The notes under the pieces: model-generated
Seen by the model: only the letters and a program-made list of their open reading frames with translations
The model's database searches: none
What the model was told of the DNA's origin: nothing
In this document: piece after piece, positions 58,540-64,000 of the stretch
How the letters are laid out: every line of letters starts with the position of its first letter
Numbering within the stretch: position 1 is the stretch's first letter
Program-made: the position numbers and the translations under genes
Source of the DNA: Alphaproteobacteria bacterium
GTDB lineage: Bacteria; Pseudomonadota; Alphaproteobacteria; UBA2966
Assembly (NCBI GenBank): GCA_964291395.2
Contig: OZ219858.1
Span: 352,001-416,000 of the forward strand
Length of the DNA: 64,000 nucleotides
Reading direction: 5' to 3'

Positions 58540-59784
58540 TCATTCCGCCGGCGACGGAGCGGAACCGCCGGTGGCGGCCGGTTTTTCGCCGGTCACCTCC
58601 TCGTACCAGATCGAGTGATGCTCCTTCGCCCACTGCTTCTCGACCTCGCCCGACCCCATGGCGTCGTACGCACCTTCCATTCCGATCGAGCCGAGATAGA
58701 TGTGGGCGATGATGATCGCCATGAACACGAAGGCGACGATGGTGTGCCAAAGCTGGGCGTACTGCATCTCCTCGTGGGGCGCCAGGGTGGTGCGGAGCTC
58801 TCCCAGGCCGACGGCCTGGGGCAGGCCCAGCGCGTTAAGCGCTTCGAAGGTCGCCGCGAACATCGGCAGCTCGAACGGGAACAGCAGCGACAGACCCGAG
58901 AGCGAGATCGAAACCCCCAGGAGAATGACGATCCAGAAGATGATCTTCTGGCCCGCGTTGAACTTCCTGGCCGGCGGGTGGCTGTGCCGGGAAAAGAGGC
59001 CGCCGCCCTTGGCGAGCCATGTCAGATCGGTACGGTTCGGGATGTTGTGGACCACCCAGAACACGAACACCATCGCCAGCGCGAGCATGAACGCCCAGGC
59101 CGCGTTGTTGTGCACCCATTTCGAGGCGTAAGCGAGAGCGGCGAAGGACTCCTTGCCGATGATCGGGATCAGCGCGGAGCGCCCGAACAGGGTGATCAGG
59201 CCGGTGACCCCCAGCAGGATGAACGAGCCGGCGAGCAGCCAGTGGCCGAAGCGCTCGATGGCGGTGAAACGCAGGATCGTCTCCCCAGTCCTCTCGCCGT
59301 CGATGCGGATGCGGCCGCGCAGGAGCATGTAGAGCGCCAGCACAGCGACCATCCCCAGGAGCAGATAGCCGCCGTAGACGGCGAGCGGCCCCCGCCGCAG
59401 CTCGAGCCAGCGCATGCCGGCGTCCTGTATCACGACGCCGGCGGCGGGTCCTTGCGCGGACACGGTGACGTCGGCGCTGCCGTAACGGAGCGCGCGGAAG
59501 ATCTCCGCGTCCGACGCGCCGCCCAGGGTACCCAGTTGCGCCGCGATGGCGGCGGCGCTGTCGGGGTCGCCCGTGGCGTCGCGGCGGAACGCGTCGTCGA
59601 TCCGCTCGCCGCGCTGGCGGGCGAGGATGTCCTCCAGCGTCTGCGCGCCGCCGGTCGCGTCGCGCGCCGCCTCTCTCGCGGTTCCCTCCTGCGCGGCGGA
59701 TACGGCCGGCAGCAGGGACGGCAGCGCGAGCGTCAGGACCAGAAGCGCACGCAGCGTCTTCATCATCGGCAGAGTTCTCGACAT
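58540..59784 (-). CDS. Formate dehydrogenase gamma (cytochrome b) subunit with a long N-terminal extension; start approximate
   Basis: RFTAIERFGHW, KWVHN, KFNAGQK, QLWH, AHIYLGSIGMEGA, WAKEHH..W. Confidence 0.9.
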   Translation of the reverse strand: MSRTLPMMKTLRALLVLTLALPSLLPAVSAAQEGTAREAARDATGGAQTLEDILARQRGERIDDAFRRDATGDPDSAAAIAAQLGTLGGASDAEIFRALRYGSADVTVSAQGPAAGVVIQDAGMRWLELRRGPLAVYGGYLLLGMVAVLALYMLLRGRIRIDGERTGETILRFTAIERFGHWLLAGSFILLGVTGLITLFGRSALIPIIGKESFAALAYASKWVHNNAAWAFMLALAMVFVFWVVHNIPNRTDLTWLAKGGGLFSRHSHPPARKFNAGQKIIFWIVILLGVSISLSGLSLLFPFELPMFAATFEALNALGLPQAVGLGELRTTLAPHEEMQYAQLWHTIVAFVFMAIIIAHIYLGSIGMEGAYDAMGSGEVEKQWAKEHHSIWYEEVTGEKPAATGGSAPSPAE

Positions 59785-59873
59785 CGGGAATCCCCTCTCG
59801 ACCGGCCACACGCTCCCCTACGGGCACCGGCCCGTCCGCGTGGCCGGATCGAGAGCGGAAAGCGGATCAAGAA

Positions 59874-59898
59874 CGGGGGGCGGGTCGACCGCCCCCCG
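59874..59898 (-). terminator. Hairpin between the FDH beta and gamma genes
   Basis: CGGGGGGCGG-N5-CCGCCCCCCG. Confidence 0.5.
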
Positions 59899-59909
59899 CT
59901 CGAGGCAGA

Positions 59910-60503
59910 TCAGCTACCCTTCTGGCCGTAGGCCGTGCCCCAGCCCCAGGCGCCGGAGCCGAAGCCGCGGGCCACCACCCGTTCCCGGTAGATGCCGGAC
60001 ACGACATCACCGTCGCCCGCCAACAGCGCCTTGGTCGCGCACATCTCGGCGCAGAGCGGCAGCTTGCCCTCCGCGATCCGGTTGCGCCCGTACTTGGCGA
60101 ATTCGGCGGTCGAGTGGGTCTCCTCCGGCCCGCCGGCGCAGAAGGTGCACTTGTCCATCTTGCCGCGGGATCCGAAGTTGCCCGCCTGCGGGAATTGCGG
60201 CGCGCCGAAGGGACACGCGTAGAAGCAATAGCCGCAGCCGATGCAGAGGTCCTTGGAATGCAGGACCACGCCGTCCTCGGTCTGGTAGAAGCAGTCCACC
60301 GGACAGACGGCCATGCAAGGCGCGTCCGAACAGTGCATGCACGCGACCGAGATCGAGCGCTCGCCCGGCTTGCCGTCGTTGATCGTCACGACCCTCCGCC
60401 GGTTGATCCCCCACGGCACCTCGTGCTCGTTCTTACACGCGGTGACGCAGGCGTTGCACTCGATACAGCGTTCGGCGTCGCAGAGAAATCTAGCTCTTGC
60501 CAT
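59910..60503 (-). CDS. fdh3B: Formate dehydrogenase iron-sulfur (beta) subunit, FDH3 type
   Basis: Four Cys clusters: CIECNACVTAC, CMHCSDAPCMAVC, CIGCGYCFYAC, CTFC...CAEMC. Confidence 0.93.
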   Translation of the reverse strand: MARARFLCDAERCIECNACVTACKNEHEVPWGINRRRVVTINDGKPGERSISVACMHCSDAPCMAVCPVDCFYQTEDGVVLHSKDLCIGCGYCFYACPFGAPQFPQAGNFGSRGKMDKCTFCAGGPEETHSTAEFAKYGRNRIAEGKLPLCAEMCATKALLAGDGDVVSGIYRERVVARGFGSGAWGWGTAYGQKGS

Positions 60504-60515
60504 CCCTGTGCCTCC

Positions 60516-63410
60516 TTATGCCGTATAAATCTTGCAGAGAGTCGACTTCGTCTCCTGCATCTGGGTGACCGAGTCGTAGCCGTAGGTCTGCGCCGTGTTG
60601 CTGCTTTCGCCCAACACGTAGGGATCGGCCCCGTCGGGATACTTGTGTCTCAGGTCCGCTCCCTCGAAATGCCCGCCGAAGTGGAAGGGCATGAAGGCAA
60701 CCCCGGCCCCGACACGTTCCGTTACCATGGCCATGACCTTGACCCTGGCGCCCTCGGGACCTTCGACCCAGACCTGCGCTCCGTTCCGCACGCCGAGATT
60801 GTTGGCGTCCCGGGGATTGATCTCGACGAACATGTCTTGCTGAAGCTCGGCAAGCCAGGGGTTCGAACGAGTCTCCTCCCCGCCGCCCTCGTACTCCACG
60901 AGGCGTCCGGATGTCAGGATCATCGGGTATTCCCTCGAAAAATCCTGCTTCTGGATCGAGGCGTACATGGTGGGCAGACGATAGAACTTGCGGTCCTCGT
61001 AGGTCGGATAATCCGCCACCAGATCACGCCGCGGGGTATAGAGCGGCTCCCGGTGCAACGGGATCGGATCCGGGAAGTTCCACACCACCGTACGGGCCTT
61101 GGCGTTGCCGAAAGGCGCACATTCGTGCTTGATGGCGACGCGCTGGATACCGCCCGAGAGGTCGGTCTTCCAGTTGGTCTTGGGGCCCGCGATGGCGTCG
61201 ATCGTCGCCCGCTCCTCGGCCGTCAGGTCCTTGTCCCATCCGAGATCCATCAGCATCTGCATGGTGAACTCGGGATATCCGTCCTGGATTTCCGAGCCGG
61301 CAGAATAGACGCCCTCGGCCAAAAGGTTCTCGCCGTCGCGTTCCACGCCGAACCGGGCGCGGAAGGTCAGGCCGCCTTTGGAGACGGGCTTGGACATGTC
61401 GTAGAGGTTGGGGGTGCCGGGGTGACCCATTTCCGGCGTACCCCAGGACGGCCAGGGCATCCCGTAGTAGTCCCCGTCGGCGGGACCGCCCACGGCCTGC
61501 AGCGTCGTCCTGTCGAAGGTGTGCTGGTTGGCCATGTGCAGCTTGATCCGCTCCGGCGACTGACCGGTGTAGCCGATCGTCCACATGCCCGCGTTGATCT
61601 CGCGGGTGATGTCCTCGACCACCGGCGCGTCTTCCGCTTCCATCGCGATGTTGCGGAAAAACCGGTCGGCCCAGCCGAACTTCTTGGCGAACTTCGCCAT
61701 GATGTCCTGATCCGGCAGACATTCGAACACGGGCTCGACGACCCGGTCGCGCCACTGGATCGAACGGTTCGACGCAGTGACCGAGCCGCGGGTCTCGAAC
61801 TGGGTCGCGGCCGGCAGCAGATAGACCCCGTCGGTGCGGTCGTGAAGGACGGCGGAGACGGTGGGATACGGGTCGACGACGACCAGCATGTCCAGCTTCT
61901 CCATCGCGGTCTTCATCTCCCTGCCGCGGGTCTGCGAGTTCGGAGCGTGACCCCACAGAACCATCGCCCGGACGTTGTCGGGCTGGTCCATGTTGTCCTT
62001 GTCCTCGAGAACCCCGTCGATCCAGCGGGACACCGGAATGCCCCTCAGGTTCATCAGGGATTTTTCCTTGCCGTCGGCACCGGTGATCTTGGCGAACTGG
62101 CCCTTCAACCAATCCAGATCCTCGCCCCATACGCGCGCCCAGTGGGCCCACGCGCCGGCGGAAAGGCCATAGTACCCGGGCAGGGTGTGGGAGAGCACGC
62201 CGAGGTCGGTCGCGCCCTGCACGTTGTCGTGGCCGCGGAAGATGTTGGTTCCGCCGCCGGTTGTGCCCATGTTGCCCAACGCCAGTTGCAGGATGCAGTA
62301 GGCCCGGGTGTTGTTGTTGCCGTTGGTGTGCTGGGTTCCGCCCATGCACCAGATCACGGTACCGGGCCGGTTGTTGGCCATGGTGCGGGCCACGCGTCGG
62401 AGTTGCTCACCCGGCGCGCCGGTCACCCGCTCCACTTCTTCCGGTGTCCATTTGGCCACTTCCTCGCGGATGCGGTCCATGCCCCAGACACGGGTGCGGA
62501 TGAACTCCTTGTCTTCCCAGCCGTTCTCGAAGATGTGCCAGAGGATGCCCCAAACCAGCGCCACGTCGCTGCCGGGGCGGAAGCGGACGTACTCGTCCGC
62601 ATGCGCCGCGGTCCGGGTGAAACGCGGATCGCAGACGATCAGCGGCGCGTTGTTCTGCTCCTTGGCCCGAAGGACGTGCAGGAGCGAGACCGGATGCGCC
62701 TCAGCCGGGTTGCCCCCGATGAGGAAGATCGCACGGCTGTTGTGGATGTCGTTGTAGGAGTTGGTCATGGCGCCGTAGCCCCATGTGTTCGCAACCCCCG
62801 CGACGGTCGTGGAGTGACAGATCCGGGCCTGGTGATCCATGTTGTTCGAGCCCCAGTAGGCCGCGAACTTCGTGAACAGATAGGCCTGCTCGTTGCTGAA
62901 CTTGGCCGAGCCCAGCCAGTAGACGCTGTCGGGTCCGCTTTCCTCGCGGATCTTCATCATGCCGTCGCCGATCTCGTCGATCGCCTGTTTCCAGCTGATG
63001 CGCTTCCACTGACCACCCTCTTTCTTCATCGGGTACTTGAGACGGCGTTCGCCGTGGGCGTGCTCGCGTACCGAAGCGCCCTTGGCGCAATGGGCGCCGA
63101 GGCTGAAGGGGCTGTCCCAGCCGGGCTCCTGGCCGACCCACACGCCGTTGTCCACTTCCGCGATCACGCTGCAGCCGACCGAGCAGTGGGTACAGACCGA
63201 TTTCACGGCCTGGACGGCGCCCTGGACCGCCTGCTGCGCGCTCGCCCTGGTCACCATGCCACCGGTGACTCCCATCGCGGCCAGCCCGCCGATGGCGAGG
63301 CCCGAGCCGCGGAGGAACGTCCGCCGGTCGACGGATGTTTCCGAAACGTTGGGCAGGATCGAAGTCCGCAGGGAGCGTCTCGCAACCCCGTTGGTCTTTT
63401 TCCTTAGCAT
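60516..63410 (-). CDS. Formate dehydrogenase alpha subunit (Mo/W-bisPGD, Cys ligand, Tat signal)
   Basis: DRRTFLR Tat motif, CTHCSVGC...C Fe-S motif, ARICHS active site, FRGHDNVQG. Confidence 0.95.
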   Translation of the reverse strand: MLRKKTNGVARRSLRTSILPNVSETSVDRRTFLRGSGLAIGGLAAMGVTGGMVTRASAQQAVQGAVQAVKSVCTHCSVGCSVIAEVDNGVWVGQEPGWDSPFSLGAHCAKGASVREHAHGERRLKYPMKKEGGQWKRISWKQAIDEIGDGMMKIREESGPDSVYWLGSAKFSNEQAYLFTKFAAYWGSNNMDHQARICHSTTVAGVANTWGYGAMTNSYNDIHNSRAIFLIGGNPAEAHPVSLLHVLRAKEQNNAPLIVCDPRFTRTAAHADEYVRFRPGSDVALVWGILWHIFENGWEDKEFIRTRVWGMDRIREEVAKWTPEEVERVTGAPGEQLRRVARTMANNRPGTVIWCMGGTQHTNGNNNTRAYCILQLALGNMGTTGGGTNIFRGHDNVQGATDLGVLSHTLPGYYGLSAGAWAHWARVWGEDLDWLKGQFAKITGADGKEKSLMNLRGIPVSRWIDGVLEDKDNMDQPDNVRAMVLWGHAPNSQTRGREMKTAMEKLDMLVVVDPYPTVSAVLHDRTDGVYLLPAATQFETRGSVTASNRSIQWRDRVVEPVFECLPDQDIMAKFAKKFGWADRFFRNIAMEAEDAPVVEDITREINAGMWTIGYTGQSPERIKLHMANQHTFDRTTLQAVGGPADGDYYGMPWPSWGTPEMGHPGTPNLYDMSKPVSKGGLTFRARFGVERDGENLLAEGVYSAGSEIQDGYPEFTMQMLMDLGWDKDLTAEERATIDAIAGPKTNWKTDLSGGIQRVAIKHECAPFGNAKARTVVWNFPDPIPLHREPLYTPRRDLVADYPTYEDRKFYRLPTMYASIQKQDFSREYPMILTSGRLVEYEGGGEETRSNPWLAELQQDMFVEINPRDANNLGVRNGAQVWVEGPEGARVKVMAMVTERVGAGVAFMPFHFGGHFEGADLRHKYPDGADPYVLGESSNTAQTYGYDSVTQMQETKSTLCKIYTA

Positions 63411-63516
63411 CTTGATACCTCCCTTGGCGCCCCGGACCGTGCCGGTTTGCCAGGTTTGTCGTCCTGATGGCCGCCGGGCGTCACGCTACCGTTGGCCATC
63501 CCGGAGAAAGAGTCCG

Positions 63517-63723
63517 TTAGAAACGGGCGCTTTCGTAGTAGGCGCGGGTATGCGCGGTATCGCGCATGCCCTCGCCGTCGTCTTTCGGGGCCGCCGCCTC
63601 CGCCGCCGTTCCCGCCGCCGCGGCAATCGCCGCCGCCGGAACGGAGACCGACGCGAGCTTCAGAAAGTCGCGGCGATTGGTGGTTTCGCCCTCCGTTCTT
63701 TCGCCCATCAGCTTCTCCTCCAT
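63517..63723 (-). CDS. Small twin-arginine signal protein of the FDH operon
   Basis: NRRDFLK Tat motif; C-terminal T.H.RAYYESARF. Confidence 0.85.
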   Translation of the reverse strand: MEEKLMGERTEGETTNRRDFLKLASVSVPAAAIAAAAGTAAEAAAPKDDGEGMRDTAHTRAYYESARF

Positions 63724-63760
63724 TCTCGTAGCCCGCCAGGGCGGGCCGGTTCAATGCGGG

Positions 63761-64000
63761 CTAGCCCGCGGTCATCTGAAAGGCTTCCTTCTCGATCTCC
63801 ATGAACACGCGGCCGGCGGAACCGACCGGAGCATAGAACACCGAGTTCTTCGCGCCCTCCAAATCCGTGAAAAAGTGCCCGGCCCAGGGGCCGATATGCC
63901 TGTCGAAGAATTCCCGCGATCGATCGATCGGGACGGGTTTGCCGAAGCGGCCCGTGATCATGCCCGCCATCATCTCCAGAAGGCTGGCGATATGATCTTC
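63761..64000 (-). CDS. TorD/DmsD-family chaperone (3' part only; truncated by the window end)
   Basis: EDHIASLLEMM...FFDRHIGPWAGHFF.DLE...FYA.VG...FMEIE. Confidence 0.85.
   Translation of the reverse strand, partial: EDHIASLLEMMAGMITGRFGKPVPIDRSREFFDRHIGPWAGHFFTDLEGAKNSVFYAPVGSAGRVFMEIEKEAFQMTAG

Noticed and set aside
60114-63407. 1097-aa plus-strand ORF, and similar long shadow ORFs (11834-14725, 31444-33285, 27483-29114, 54009-55433)
   Set aside because: Stop-free antisense frames are expected opposite high-GC genes; they carry no recognisable motifs.
60516-63410. Possible selenocysteine FDH or SECIS element
   Set aside because: The active site reads ARICHS with a Cys codon and there is no in-frame TGA.
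1-64000. tRNA, rRNA, riboswitches, prophage, defence or toxin-antitoxin systems
   Set aside because: None recognisable by eye; intergenic spaces are short. A covariance-model scan would be needed to exclude small RNAs.

Overview
GC-rich bacterial DNA whose gene content and the style of its FDH operon suggest an alphaproteobacterium (inference). The window is packed with catabolic genes for nitrogenous small molecules. From left to right: (1) an eroded IS1202/ISNCY-type insertion sequence (1-1015); (2) an operon of OYE flavin reductase, Gfo/Idh/MocA oxidoreductase, fold-IV transaminase and hydantoinase/oxoprolinase B+A; (3) an acyl-CoA ligase + PanE-like pair resembling oxalyl-CoA synthetase/reductase; (4) a repeat-bracketed cassette with a frameshifted HxlR regulator and a lipoprotein alpha/beta hydrolase; (5) an atypical OYE/Fe-S/FAD enzyme, an LLM and a deaminase; (6) LysR, a polar amino acid ABC transporter and a heterotetrameric sarcosine oxidase-like complex; (7) a hydratase broken by a perfect 37-bp tandem duplication; (8) SnoaL-like protein, GGT, ICL/PEP-mutase, cupin, LLM and tandem SDR paralogues; (9) a bacterial voltage-gated Na channel; (10) DAO- and DMG-dehydrogenase-like flavoproteins; (11) a ~19 kb block of C-N hydrolases (2 amidohydrolases, hydantoinase A/B, an orphan hydantoinase B flanked by a 47-bp imperfect inverted repeat, 2 amidases, a carbamoylase, an omega-transaminase and a 2OG-Fe(II) oxygenase); (12) a Tat-exported Cys-type formate dehydrogenase operon with a WD40-cytochrome c fusion. 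I saw no rRNA, tRNA, CRISPR array or phage/defence system. The best candidates for novelty are uncharacterised lactam/N-heterocycle catabolic pathways and several DNA-level rearrangement scars. All family calls come from recognising motifs by eye; no database searches were run.
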